A stretch of DNA of 64,000 nucleotides from Candidatus Bathyarchaeota archaeon. Its GTDB lineage: Archaea; Thermoproteota; Bathyarchaeia; 40CM-2-53-6. A program made the translations under genes and the position numbers. The notes under the pieces were generated by a model. It saw only the letters and a list, made by a program, of their open reading frames with translations. It searched no databases and was not told the DNA's origin. The stretch lies in the NCBI GenBank assembly GCA_963726255.1, contig CAVSBL010000002.1, forward strand, positions 2,299,726 to 2,363,725, read 5' to 3'. The stretch's first letter is position 1, and each line of letters begins with the position of its first letter. This document shows, piece after piece, positions 9,166 to 19,467 of this stretch.

Positions 9166-10116
9166 ATGAATTTGGTGATTGGTTCGACGGGTTCGATTGG
9201 AAGCGCAGTAGTCGATCAGTTGTCATCCCAAGGGCGGCCGGTCAGAGCGCTTGTTAGGGATCCTGGTAAAGCTAAGAGAATTTTCACACATCCAGAGAAA
9301 GTTGAGTTAGTCGAAGGGTCGGCGGAGAACCCTGAGGCCTTGAAAAAGGCGTTTGATGGCGCGAAGCTTGTGTTCAATTGCCTGAACCTTCCCTACCCAG
9401 AATGGAGTAAGCTCCCAGAAATACACAAGCGGATCGTTGAGGCTGCAAAGCAGGCGTCGGCGAAAATGGTCTTCCCAGGAAATGTGTACATCTATGGCCA
9501 CGCCCAATCGGACCGCGTGAACGAAGCCCATCCGAGAAATCCCTGTTCGAGGAAGGGTGTACTCCGCGTTCAGTTGGAGGATATGTTCATGGAATCGTCG
9601 CGAAGGAACGAAGTTCCCACAGCCATTGTACGTTTTCCCGATTTCTATGGACCGAACGCAAGTGGGGCAAGCTCCCTAACAGGGAACATCTTCAAAGCAG
9701 CGCTTGACGGTGGAACCGCACAATGGTACGGCGACTTAGACGTCTTGCATGAGTTCATCTTCATTGAGGATGCGGGGAAGGCGATGGTTATGGCTTCGGA
9801 ACGGGCGGATGCCTACGGACAAGATTTCAACGTTCCCGGCCCCGAACCCATCTTGGCCAAGGATTGGATAAGCTTGGTTTTCAAAGAAGCGGGTACAGCG
9901 CCAAAGATGAAGGGAACCAGTAGGGTGAGCATGCGATTCTATGGAATGTTCAACAAAATGGCGAAGGAATTCGCTGAGATGCAATACCTGACCCAAGAAC
10001 CATTGATCCTGGATGGAACGAAATTCATGAAATTCTTCGGCACAAAATGCCCAACACGAAACTATTCTGAGGCGATACGTGAAACGCTCGCGTGGATGAA
10101 AACGCAACATGGCTAA
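9166..10116 (+). CDS. NAD-dependent epimerase/dehydratase (atypical SDR)
   Basis: GSTGSIG Rossmann motif; RFPDFYGP. Confidence 0.85.
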   Translation: MNLVIGSTGSIGSAVVDQLSSQGRPVRALVRDPGKAKRIFTHPEKVELVEGSAENPEALKKAFDGAKLVFNCLNLPYPEWSKLPEIHKRIVEAAKQASAKMVFPGNVYIYGHAQSDRVNEAHPRNPCSRKGVLRVQLEDMFMESSRRNEVPTAIVRFPDFYGPNASGASSLTGNIFKAALDGGTAQWYGDLDVLHEFIFIEDAGKAMVMASERADAYGQDFNVPGPEPILAKDWISLVFKEAGTAPKMKGTSRVSMRFYGMFNKMAKEFAEMQYLTQEPLILDGTKFMKFFGTKCPTRNYSEAIRETLAWMKTQHG

Positions 10117-11086
10117 CATCTTGGTTACGTTCCGGGCTGAGAACGAGCAAAGGGAAATTCTCACGAAAGCCTTGGACGCAGTTACACGCATTGCCTTCCT
10201 ATCTGACTTAACCGGCAAGGAGCGCGCAAGGGAACTTGCCAGCGCCGACATACTGATTTCATGGAGCCCCAGGCGGGAACTGCAGCCTGAGGAATTCCGG
10301 CTAATCGCTCATGCGAAGATGATGCAATTACTCTCCGCTGGCGTAGACAGCATACCCTTCTCCCAGCTCCCGCCAGGCCTTATGATCGCAAGTAATGCTG
10401 GGGCCTACGCGGAGCCTATGGCGGAACATGTACTCGCAATGATCTTGGCTGTATGGAAGAACCTTGTTGACCGGCACGTGAAACTTAGGGCCGGCAACTT
10501 TGACCAAGAGAACGAGAACCGCATGCTACGAGGTTCCACGTGTGCAATCCTGGGTTTCGGTGGGATAGGGAAAGCAACCGCACGCCTCCTGCGCTGCTTC
10601 GGAGTCAAGATAATGGCGGTGAACACGACCGGCCGAACCGATGAGCCAGTCGACTTCATCGGGACCCTGAAGGATCTAGAGCATGTACTACGCCAAGCCG
10701 ATATCATCATAATCACGCTTCCGCTAACCAATTCGACTCGAAAGCTAATCGGAAGAGAACAGTTGGGATGGTTGAAGAATGATTCGATGCTTGTCAACGT
10801 GGCCCGCGCGGACATTATCGACGAGGGTGCACTATACGAGAAGCTGAAGGGGAACCCTCAGTTTTCGGCCGCGATTGATGCTTGGTGGATTGAACCTTTT
10901 CGCCACGGGAAATTCGCCACAGATTACCCCTTTCTGGAGCTTCCGAATGTTCTCGGTTCGCCGCACAATTCAGGCGTAGTTCCCGGTTCCTTCCTGCGGG
11001 GCACGAAGTACGCAGCCGAGAACGTGAAAGGGTTCCTGAACAACGAACCCGTGTTGGGCGTTGTTAAGAGAACTGACTATTCGTGA
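10109..11086 (+). CDS. D-isomer-specific 2-hydroxyacid dehydrogenase
   Basis: SAGVD, GFGGIG, VNVAR and SPHNSG motifs. Confidence 0.9.
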   Translation: MANILVTFRAENEQREILTKALDAVTRIAFLSDLTGKERARELASADILISWSPRRELQPEEFRLIAHAKMMQLLSAGVDSIPFSQLPPGLMIASNAGAYAEPMAEHVLAMILAVWKNLVDRHVKLRAGNFDQENENRMLRGSTCAILGFGGIGKATARLLRCFGVKIMAVNTTGRTDEPVDFIGTLKDLEHVLRQADIIIITLPLTNSTRKLIGREQLGWLKNDSMLVNVARADIIDEGALYEKLKGNPQFSAAIDAWWIEPFRHGKFATDYPFLELPNVLGSPHNSGVVPGSFLRGTKYAAENVKGFLNNEPVLGVVKRTDYS

Positions 11087-11099
11087 GAGCGGCTAACCT

Positions 11100-11552
11100 T
11101 CAAGTTGATGTGCTGTTGGACCATGATTGAATCCGTAGGGTGGATGGGGTCCAGAGCATTTGGGCCGTGGCGTGAAGTTCGACGAGGACGGGCCCGCTAT
11201 AGTAATTCTTGGCCTCCGTGCTTGTGGCGTTGAAGATTGTGAATTGGAAGGTGTGTGTTTGGAGGGGGAGTAGGGCTAGGCTTTGTGCTGGTGATTCTGA
11301 CGTGTCCCAATACATGTAGATTCCCTGGTTCGTGACCAACCATACTGCCCGGTTGAGCGCCATTGGCCATGGGGTTGGGTTAGTTAGGCTAACTTCGTAT
11401 GTGGGCACTTTGCTGGGCAAGAGTTGCACGGTAAGCGTTGGATTGCGGCTAGTGCTCGGCACAACCCATGGTGCAACCGCATACGCGAGAAATATGAAGA
11501 GCAAGACGTACCCGATTGCCCTCTTACTGTTCATTTTCGTTCTCTTGCTCAT
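11100..11552 (-). CDS. Hypothetical membrane-anchored protein with beta-rich ectodomain
   Basis: N-terminal TM helix followed by beta-strand-like sequence. Confidence 0.55.
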   Translation of the reverse strand: MSKRTKMNSKRAIGYVLLFIFLAYAVAPWVVPSTSRNPTLTVQLLPSKVPTYEVSLTNPTPWPMALNRAVWLVTNQGIYMYWDTSESPAQSLALLPLQTHTFQFTIFNATSTEAKNYYSGPVLVELHATAQMLWTPSTLRIQSWSNSTST

Positions 11553-11809
11553 GAACTATCGGTGTGCGTGACTTCCACCCTCTGCTATCAACCTTAGGGC
11601 GAGAGCTGAAACGTTGAGGGTCAACTATCGGAGAGGCGCGTCGTAGAGACTGGGCTTGGAAGCGTTAGAGAACTGGAGCAACGGTGGTTCGTATACCAGC
11701 GTATGCGTTCACATACGACTAAACGGTATACTTGCTTTCCCTCCATCCTTCAAATATAATGACCGACATAATGCTGGAGTTATCTAGTTTCAGGGAGGTG
11801 TGTGATCAA

Positions 11810-12187
11810 ATGGATAGGACGATTGTGCACTTCGAGATTCCCGCGAACGACCCAGCTAAGCTTTCGCAGTTCTATTCGAAGCTGTTCGGGTGGAGCTTCG
11901 AGAAATGGGAAGGCGCAGGCGCCGGGGCGGAATATTGGATGATCAAGACTAGGGCTAAGGACGATGCGATGGGGGTTAATGGTGGAATGATGAAGAGGAT
12001 GGACCCGAACCAGACCCCGCTCAACTATATCATGGTTGAATCGGTTGACGACTTCAGCAAGAAACTAGTCCAACTAGGCGGGAAAATCATAATGCCAAAA
12101 ACGGAGATACCGAACATGGGCCACTTCGCCGTGGCGCTGGATCCGGAAGGCAACGGCTTCGGCATCTTCGAAACAAAGGAAGAGTAG
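11810..12187 (+). CDS. VOC/glyoxalase family protein
   Basis: IVHFEIPA...FYSKLFGW...DPEGNGFG; GGAGGTG ribosome-binding site upstream of ATG 11810. Confidence 0.9.
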   Translation: MDRTIVHFEIPANDPAKLSQFYSKLFGWSFEKWEGAGAGAEYWMIKTRAKDDAMGVNGGMMKRMDPNQTPLNYIMVESVDDFSKKLVQLGGKIIMPKTEIPNMGHFAVALDPEGNGFGIFETKEE

Positions 12188-12395
12188 AACGAACTATGGA
12201 GATGGGACGAGCCCAACTCCACCCAACTTATTTTCGTAACTGAGCACACACATGAAAATACGTGGTAATTCCATCGTTGAATATCTAATTCTGGACCTCA
12301 ATGCCAGACAAACCAAGCCTCTCGGGTTTCTATGCGGTAGACCAATCCGTCAAAGTAAAATTCCACAGTCCTGTATGCCGACAGCGAGTTGATAG

Positions 12396-13580
12396 TTGTC
12401 GCACCCAATCCGCATTTTGCCCTTTCGGCGTTTGCTTGGAGTCCTGGCGATGCTGGTTTTGGCGTTTGCAGTAATCTTTCCTCCGTTTGTAGGACCGAAT
12501 TCATTGCTCAACGCTTTTCTTCAAGCATTGACGCTCGCCACGCAATTGAACGGGCAATATCGGATCACTGGCATTCTTTTGATTCTAGGCGTCTTGGGTT
12601 GTTTGGTGATCTTTGTCGGATTGATCTTGGCTCTAGCTCTCTTCTCATATGGAAAGAGGGCGACCTGGGTCAGAGCGGTAGTGCTCCTCTCAGTTGTCGG
12701 CATGCTTGTGGCAACTGTATCCTTGTTTGATTATAGCGGAGATTTCATCAGCGAGATTGTGACCGTCACGAAGGTCGGGTTCTGGCCGAGCCTCAAGTTC
12801 TTCGGAATCGGATACTTCATCTCTTGGATTATGATCGCGCTAGCATTGTATTCTTCGCGAAAGGTGCCTGTGTCTGCGGTTCAGGAATTCAAACTACCAG
12901 TCGCCCCGAGCCCTACGGAATTGATACCGATGGGGTACTCTGCTTTGGATAATTTGCTGATCGGGGGCCTCCCAGTTGGTGCCGCTGTGGTCTTGACTGG
13001 TCCACCGTGCGATGAGAAAAAACTGATTGTCAGACGGTTCCTGGAAACTAATCTTAGGAATGGCCGCCCTTGCATACTCCTCTCCAGCAGCCTCGACGCT
13101 GTAACAGACTTGATTCCTATATACCGTAAGGAGCTTCAGGTCATAATCTGCCACCCCCAGGCTGAAACAGTTGCTTCCAACTTTGACAGCATTGTCAAAC
13201 TGAATTCGGTTGATAGCCTGACCGAAATCAACCTTGAAATCAGTAAAGCTCTCGCAAGATTGCCCTCCGGCAAACCGTCTGTCCTTTGCTTGGACATTCT
13301 TGATGACGTTCTGCTCGAACATCATGAACGGGCAAGAAGATGGCTCATGGACATCCTAGGGAGAGGAAAATCAACCCGTGTCACCTATCTCGCGACACTG
13401 AATCCGGCAATGCACTCTGACCAGGAATCCCAAGCGGTTCTAGAGACCTTTGACGGACACATCGAACTGTTCGAAGGAGAAATCCAAGTGAGGCCCAAGC
13501 TCATCAGAATCAAGAAACTGGCTGGGCGCAAGTTCCTAGATGAAGAACTACTCGTTCGAAGAGAAAGAATTCAGGAATGA
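12396..13580 (+). CDS. Membrane protein (about 4 TM) fused to a KaiC/RAD55-like domain with degenerate Walker A
   Basis: Hydrophobic N-terminus; GYSALDNLLIGGLP, GPPCDEKK and FDGHIEL motifs. Confidence 0.8.
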   Translation: MSHPIRILPFRRLLGVLAMLVLAFAVIFPPFVGPNSLLNAFLQALTLATQLNGQYRITGILLILGVLGCLVIFVGLILALALFSYGKRATWVRAVVLLSVVGMLVATVSLFDYSGDFISEIVTVTKVGFWPSLKFFGIGYFISWIMIALALYSSRKVPVSAVQEFKLPVAPSPTELIPMGYSALDNLLIGGLPVGAAVVLTGPPCDEKKLIVRRFLETNLRNGRPCILLSSSLDAVTDLIPIYRKELQVIICHPQAETVASNFDSIVKLNSVDSLTEINLEISKALARLPSGKPSVLCLDILDDVLLEHHERARRWLMDILGRGKSTRVTYLATLNPAMHSDQESQAVLETFDGHIELFEGEIQVRPKLIRIKKLAGRKFLDEELLVRRERIQE

Positions 13581-13735
13581 ATTGGACTTGATCGACGGAA
13601 GTTTCATCGGCGACTACACGGAAATTTCAGTCGGTTCTGACAACGCTTTTCACGCTCTCTGGACGGACATGAACAAACAGTAGCTTGGTCGTACGGGTTC
13701 CAGTTAGTTCCAATTAGTATCCACCAACAGGACAT

Positions 13736-13990
13736 CTACCGGTCTTCACTGAGTATTTCGGGAGGGGTGGTTGAAAAATTCCTTGTAGCGTTATCGTATT
13801 CATGATTCTTGAATGCGGCTACAGATTCTCGCCTGCATCGGGGACAGATCCTAAGCTGATATCGATTGCTTGGCAGCGGGCGCTTACACCATTCGCAACA
13901 CCTAACAACGAGTGGTTTCTCAGCCTGTTGTTCGGAGTCAAGTAGTAGCTCCTCAAGATCCTCAGCCAAATCCATCATCCACAACCTCAA
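13736..13990 (-). CDS. Small Zn-finger protein
   Basis: CEWC...CPRC pairs. Confidence 0.45.
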   Translation of the reverse strand: MRLWMMDLAEDLEELLLDSEQQAEKPLVVRCCEWCKRPLPSNRYQLRICPRCRRESVAAFKNHEYDNATRNFSTTPPEILSEDR

Positions 13991-14032
13991 GTCGAAGTCA
14001 GCGGTTGCTCGGGAGAAACGAGCTATGAGACA

Positions 14033-14194
14033 CTACCGCGAGCGAGAGGATTGTGTTGCGTGGGGCTGCGTGATAATGGGCTTGTGTAAGAGGAAAGTGT
14101 CGTAGGCAGTATCCAAATCTTTGAGATGCCTTATCCAACCAGCATATTCCGCGTCAGTTTGAGCGAACCGTTTTGCAGCCGCCTCAATTTGCAT
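14033..14194 (-). CDS. Small hypothetical protein (53 aa)
   Basis: Manual translation MQIEAAAKRFAQTDAEYAGWIRHLKDLDTAYDTFLLHKPIITQPHATQSSRSR; amphipathic helix; below the ORF-track cutoff. Confidence 0.35.
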   Translation of the reverse strand: MQIEAAAKRFAQTDAEYAGWIRHLKDLDTAYDTFLLHKPIITQPHATQSSRSR

Positions 14195-14306
14195 TGTCAA
14201 TCTGGACGGTTGATCGGTCTCTCCTTTGGTTATTCATTGTGTCCCCTAAGGTTCAAAGCTTTGGTGACTGAAAATTCGGTACTGACCTGGAGGTAGAAGT
14301 GGTGCG

Positions 14307-14942
14307 ATGAAGTTCATACCTTTCAATAAGGATGCCTGGGTTGACTGGTACAAGGATGGAAGAGTAGCCGAACATATACCCGTCCTTGCGAGGCTTCTAA
14401 AGGAAGCCAACGCAGAAAGGGTCCTTGACTTCGGCACAGGTACAGGAAGGCATACCGTTTACCTAGCCAAGATGGGATTCGAGGTCTATGGTTTCGATTG
14501 GTCGGAAGCTTCGGTAAGAGTTGCCAACCGCGAATTAGCCAGACAAGGGCTTTCGGCTAACCTCAGGGTTTGGGATATGACTGAGACTCCGCTTCCCTAT
14601 GCGGATTCTTTCTTTGATGGCGTGATCGGAGTCCGCGTACTCCACCACACGTACGCCGAGAAGATTAGGCGGATTGCATTGGAAATTGAAAGAATCACGA
14701 AGGTTGGGGGCTTGGTGTACGTGGAGGTTCCGACGTACGAGAAGGCACTGAGGCAGAAGCTTGAGGGAATGAGGTCGAAGGAACCTGAGCCTGGAACGTT
14801 TGTGCCTTCGGAGCGTGACGAAGCCGGGATTCCGCATCACCATTGCACGAGAGTCGAATTGTTGAAGTTATTTCCAAACTTCACTGTTCGCACATTTGAG
14901 GAGTACGACGAGCACTACTGTTTTACTGGAATCAGGAATTAA
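14307..14942 (+). CDS. Class I SAM-dependent methyltransferase
   Basis: VLDFGTGTGRH motif I. Confidence 0.9.
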   Translation: MKFIPFNKDAWVDWYKDGRVAEHIPVLARLLKEANAERVLDFGTGTGRHTVYLAKMGFEVYGFDWSEASVRVANRELARQGLSANLRVWDMTETPLPYADSFFDGVIGVRVLHHTYAEKIRRIALEIERITKVGGLVYVEVPTYEKALRQKLEGMRSKEPEPGTFVPSERDEAGIPHHHCTRVELLKLFPNFTVRTFEEYDEHYCFTGIRN

Positions 14943-15010
14943 CTTGCACTACGCGCAAAGATAAGGGGGACAGGTCTCGCACATAACACGATTTGATTCC
15001 AACTTCGCAA

Positions 15011-15967
15011 TTAGCCAGCCCCGACGCCCTTTAAAGCGATATAGGTGAAGAGCAAGAGTAATCCAATGATAGTTCCCCTCTTCACCACCGCAGGCGCTAG
15101 GTCCTGCTCGTTTTGCTCATAACGCAGAGCATTGATTATGGGCGCTACAAGGAATATGATGCATGGCGAGAAGACGAGGAGAATCCAAGGTAGTCTGCCA
15201 ACAAGCACAACGCTGACGAATAACGCGAAAGCCAAGAAAAGCAGTACGATGCATGCCTTGAGCGCCACCTTCTTGCCAACCAAAGTCACTGTTGTCCTTA
15301 TCATGTCTCTATCAGAATCATGATCTCCAATCTCATTGACAAGCTCTACAAACATGGACAACAGGAAGAGCATACCGCTGAACGCTACTCCCACGAAGTC
15401 AAGGGGACGATAAACGGAGTAAGCCATTAACCCATATGTGGCACTCCAGGAAGCGTGGCAGACAATATCAAGACCAGGCCTAGCCTTTGCCCTCAGACCG
15501 AAAGAATAGCCAGCAAAAAGCAGAATCACCAGAATCCCAAGCAACCTATTCAGAAAACTAAGCAGATAGACCGATACGATCCCCATTCCCAAAAGAACCA
15601 AAACAAGATCCCAAGCCGCACCCACAGACAAGTCACCCGAGGCTACAGGGTTGCTTAGCTTGCCAGCCTTTCTGTCAAGTTCTGTATCGGCAATATCGTT
15701 AATCACGAAGCCAAAAATGGAGGACGCTGCAACGAAAAGAAGCACTGGCAGAATTCTGCCATCGACTGGAAATCTTGCCACAAATGCACAAGCCGAGGCG
15801 GAAACCAAGTAGGATGGTCCGTACTCATGGAACCTTACGATTCGCACAATCGCGTACCACAAAGGAATTCGCTTCGTAGAAGCGAACGCTCCAACCTCGA
15901 CGTTGTTCACTAAGTGATTCCCCAAATGGAAAGAGACACCAATGCCTGGTCTTCCAGCACTAACCAT
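15011..15967 (-). CDS. UbiA family prenyltransferase (start uncertain)
   Basis: NDIADTELD and NEIGDHDSD Asp-rich motifs; multiple TM helices. Confidence 0.85.
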   Translation of the reverse strand: MVSAGRPGIGVSFHLGNHLVNNVEVGAFASTKRIPLWYAIVRIVRFHEYGPSYLVSASACAFVARFPVDGRILPVLLFVAASSIFGFVINDIADTELDRKAGKLSNPVASGDLSVGAAWDLVLVLLGMGIVSVYLLSFLNRLLGILVILLFAGYSFGLRAKARPGLDIVCHASWSATYGLMAYSVYRPLDFVGVAFSGMLFLLSMFVELVNEIGDHDSDRDMIRTTVTLVGKKVALKACIVLLFLAFALFVSVVLVGRLPWILLVFSPCIIFLVAPIINALRYEQNEQDLAPAVVKRGTIIGLLLLFTYIALKGVGAG

Positions 15968-16266
15968 TCAGCGCATCAGACCAGCAACTATCATGCCAAC
16001 ACCAATTAGACCACGTAGAATTCTGCCCGCCTGAAAAGCCCAGGGCTGATCGGACGAACGCCAGTAGAATGTGTTTAGAAATCCGTCGGCTGACAGGTAA
16101 ATGCCAGCTAACATGAGGAAAGTTGGTAGAATCAAGCTGAGTCGAAACAGCTTGCATGTTGATGAAACTAATCTGCTTTTCCTAATGACGTCAGCAGAGA
16201 AAATGCCAGTTCAAAGCAGTAACCCAGCGAGCTGGAGAGGACATTGACCGTGTTTCAACAGAAGGC

Positions 16267-16806
16267 TTAGGTCACGCCGGCCGCGAACGAATTGTGAAGT
16301 TTCTCGAATGCGACATAGCCTTCCTCTTCACCGTAATGTTCCCGGACTCCCGAGACGAAGTCCTTCATGGATCGCCATGCCAGGTTGGTTGCGAACATGT
16401 CGGTGATGATGTCCAACTTGACAATTCCTCGGTCGACGAGCACTCCGAGAGATTCGAACAGTGCACCGATCTGGAAGAATGCTACTTGCTCTGGTTTGTT
16501 GAGTTTCAGGAAATCCTCGAAGGATGATATCTTCGAGTTGAGTACGGTTAGCCATGCAGATTGAACCTCGGCTGTGTTTGCGAATTCGTACAAGCGCATT
16601 ATCAAGTCCATGTTTGCGAGTTCGTGGTTCTGCTTCAACTGATCTGTGGTTACCTTGGCTTGTATGCTGGCGGCCCGTGCTTGCTCCGTCGCAGCCTCGA
16701 TGAGTGCGTTGTTCTGCCTGAGCTGAACCACAACGAAGACAACGCCGACTATTATTGCGAGCGAGCTTACGAGCGAAAGGTCGCTCGTTACGCTTCCCAA
16801 ATCCAA
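16267..16806 (-). CDS. DUF4760-like membrane-anchored protein
   Basis: N-terminal TM helix ending VQLRQ; FESLGVLVDRGIV motif. Confidence 0.6.
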   Translation of the reverse strand: MDLGSVTSDLSLVSSLAIIVGVVFVVVQLRQNNALIEAATEQARAASIQAKVTTDQLKQNHELANMDLIMRLYEFANTAEVQSAWLTVLNSKISSFEDFLKLNKPEQVAFFQIGALFESLGVLVDRGIVKLDIITDMFATNLAWRSMKDFVSGVREHYGEEEGYVAFEKLHNSFAAGVT

Positions 16807-17005
16807 ATCATCGAACCCCCATCTTGTTTGGTTAAGGTGCGTTTACGGTGTTTGGTCCTTGATTAAGTAGAAGCGGCAGTAGCCCAGAGCGCATAATTTC
16901 CAAATGCAATCACTAAACCAATTGAACGAATCCATATATTGACTACCTAGGACGAACGCAGCCTCGGACGCCGAATTACCCAATTTGAGAACAAAAGGCG
17001 CTACG

Positions 17006-17225
17006 GCGTGCGCACGCTTGGAGGGACCCCCCGGGGGGGTGACTCGGTTTTCCGAGTCTGACGGGGCTTGTTTTGGCGTTTTCTTGGGATGTGGGTAATA
17101 TGGCCACGTACGAGTCCAGGCGTGGACTGGTGAGGCTGTTCCTATGCTGAGCTCGTTCGCGGTGGGTGAGCATTTCGGTTACCTCCCTACCCACAAACTT
17201 GGCTTCAAGAGTAAACTCGGCCGAG
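17006..17225. repeat. Cluster of palindromes and hairpins
   Basis: GCGTGCGCACGC (17006-17017), C6G7 (17027-17039), GACTCGG-TTTT-CCGAGTC (17041-17058), AGTCCA-GGCG-TGGACT (17113-17128), TGTGGGTA/TACCCACA (17090-17097/17188-17195), CTCGGCCGAG (17216-17225). Confidence 0.7.
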
Positions 17226-17229
17226 CAGG

Positions 17230-17628
17230 GTGATTGAGCACCCGGTGGAGGAGTTGGCCCAACAGACCCCAGGTGCGAGCGGCAAAACGCTGGTGGTTTC
17301 GCTATCCGATGACGAGTTTGATGAGTTGCGACGAGCCATTGGCGAAGCCAACCTTCCGAACCTGTCGCTACTGGTCTTTCAGGCGATTCAGGCTGGGTTG
17401 GAGAGCGATGAGGCGCAGTGGATCCAGAGGAAGCGAACGCGAACCGTGAACATCCACGTTTCGAGAAAATTCTGGGAGAAGATTAGGTTGAAAGCACGTA
17501 TGTCCTGTGTAACGCAGCAAGCACTCATCATGGTATGGTATCGTTCGCTCGACGATGTAATGAACACTCAACTCAAAATCACTAGATCCGATTTTCGGCG
17601 AACAGCGACAAACATCTCAACGAGATGA
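17230..17628 (+). CDS. Putative tandem ribbon-helix-helix DNA-binding protein
   Basis: Two strand-helix-helix-like segments: KTLVVSLSDDEFDELRR... and RTVNIHVSRKFWEKIRLKA... Confidence 0.45.
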   Translation: MIEHPVEELAQQTPGASGKTLVVSLSDDEFDELRRAIGEANLPNLSLLVFQAIQAGLESDEAQWIQRKRTRTVNIHVSRKFWEKIRLKARMSCVTQQALIMVWYRSLDDVMNTQLKITRSDFRRTATNISTR

Positions 17629-17704
17629 AGGTCAGAAACGCAAACGACAAGGTGGTTTTAAGGATAAGACCTGTCACTTTGACAAGGAACAGACTTCGAG
17701 GAAA

Positions 17705-18922
17705 ATGATGCAAATGGTAACCTCGCGAAAAAGCGGAAAGCGAACGTACCGAAGAATCGCCTTCCGAAAAGGAGAAGATCTCTACCCATGGTGCGCTCCC
17801 ATGCCCGTTGTCAGAGTCAGAGGCAATTATCGAGAGATGGGAAACCAGCATGGAAGCCAAACCAAGAACTTGGTTCAGAGAGCCGTTCAGCACGCGTGGG
17901 CAAGTTTTCCGTCTCTTTCGAACATGAACAAATCTGAAATTTCGCAGGACCTCGAACAGTACGCCGGGAACATCAAGAAACTAAATGTTGGCTTTCTAGA
18001 CGAAATGGAAGGATTAGCCACGGGCGCAGGTGTTTCCCTTGAGGACATTGTCTTCCTTAACTCACAATACGACATGCTCCTAATGAGATGTGGCGAGAAA
18101 GCCCTACAAGCCTTGCTCTGTAGTGCGTTCGCTGCATGGGGCGACGCGACTAAGACTGGCGACCTAATCCTAGGACACAACGATGACGGTGCACGTTTCA
18201 CGGATCAATTCCTAGTTCTCCTTGATGCGACCCCGCAGACTGGACACAATTTCTGCGAGCCCGTCGTCCCAGGTATTTTGGGATACCATGCGGTTGTAAA
18301 CGACGCCGGTTTCTGTGCTGTCGGGAACGCACTCGAAAAATGCCCCCTACCAAACGAAGCCAAAGTTGGGGTTCCAATCTGGGTGATATTTAGGCAACTC
18401 GCACAATTCGGAAACAACGTGGAATCAGCTATTCAGTTTCTGCGTGGCATTAACACGGGAACGGTGTTCAGTTTCCTTTTGGCTGACAGAGAGCGAAACG
18501 CTGCTATTGTTCACCGTTCACCGGAGGACATGGTTGTAATCAGACCGAAGCAAGACTACCTTGTGATGACCAACCACGCGTTATCGGATGAGATTAAGCC
18601 CAACCTCGTCCTGAGAGAAATTCCATCCAGTACCCATCACAGATTTGAATCGATGCAAAAGGCTGTGAAGGCTAGACTCGGAAAGATTGACGAGAAGGCA
18701 GGAATCGAGATCATGAGCAATCACTATGATGCTTCAACGGGCAAGACCAGCCCCAGCGGAAACACTCCCTGCAGGCACTACGAATACGAAGGCCGACTCT
18801 CTGGAACATGCAGAAGCGCAGTTGTCAAATTCGGCAAAGGCAAGTCGACTCTACACATCGCCCTCGGAAACCCATGCATAGCTCAATGGATTGAAACCAA
18901 CATAAAGTATCGGCCCTCATGA
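17705..18922 (+). CDS. C45 family autoproteolytic Ntn-hydrolase/acyltransferase
   Basis: GNYREMG.QHG, CSAFAAW (nucleophilic Cys), GHNDD and TNH motifs. Confidence 0.85.
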   Translation: MMQMVTSRKSGKRTYRRIAFRKGEDLYPWCAPMPVVRVRGNYREMGNQHGSQTKNLVQRAVQHAWASFPSLSNMNKSEISQDLEQYAGNIKKLNVGFLDEMEGLATGAGVSLEDIVFLNSQYDMLLMRCGEKALQALLCSAFAAWGDATKTGDLILGHNDDGARFTDQFLVLLDATPQTGHNFCEPVVPGILGYHAVVNDAGFCAVGNALEKCPLPNEAKVGVPIWVIFRQLAQFGNNVESAIQFLRGINTGTVFSFLLADRERNAAIVHRSPEDMVVIRPKQDYLVMTNHALSDEIKPNLVLREIPSSTHHRFESMQKAVKARLGKIDEKAGIEIMSNHYDASTGKTSPSGNTPCRHYEYEGRLSGTCRSAVVKFGKGKSTLHIALGNPCIAQWIETNIKYRPS

Positions 18923-18948
18923 TTGGCATATGCGAGTGATGAAGGATT

Positions 18949-19467
18949 CTAATGTTTTTTCGTTCCTCGAGCCAGTCGTGGGTCGACATATTTCCAGTCT
19001 GTACTCAGATTCATGAAGTCATTTCGTTCCTTTTCAGTCGTTGGTATTTCCTCGAACGTACAGTACTCGTCGCCGCAGGCGGCGCAGTCATTGTGAACCT
19101 GCTTTCTACTAGGATCTACCTCCATTGTCTTGGCCGGGTCGACGTAGCAGTAGAGACCACCTAGATCAAGTTCACCGTATTCCCGAAAGATCTTGGCGAG
19201 AACGCAGTCGTAGACCCTTCCGTTCTCACGTTCGACATAGGCGCCATACTTTGCAATGGGGTAGTCCGGCAGCCCGCGTTTCATCCTCTCACCTACCCAT
19301 CGGCCATATCGCAGTATGGACTTCGTAATCAACTGTTTTCCCTTCTCTGCGCCAAATTCTTCCACAAGTGTCTTGGAGAACGCCAAATGGAGAAGCGCTA
19401 TCCTCGTTATAGCCATCTCAACTTGCTCCCTTGCTTCTCCGATGAGAACGTGCTCTTCCTGTGCCAT
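18949..19467 (-). CDS. L-2-amino-thiazoline-4-carboxylate hydrolase-like (V4R-like) protein
   Basis: CVLAKIF...YCYVDPA...GDEYCTF Cys pattern; GAGGAGG ribosome-binding site before ATG 19467. Confidence 0.75.
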   Translation of the reverse strand: MAQEEHVLIGEAREQVEMAITRIALLHLAFSKTLVEEFGAEKGKQLITKSILRYGRWVGERMKRGLPDYPIAKYGAYVERENGRVYDCVLAKIFREYGELDLGGLYCYVDPAKTMEVDPSRKQVHNDCAACGDEYCTFEEIPTTEKERNDFMNLSTDWKYVDPRLARGTKKH

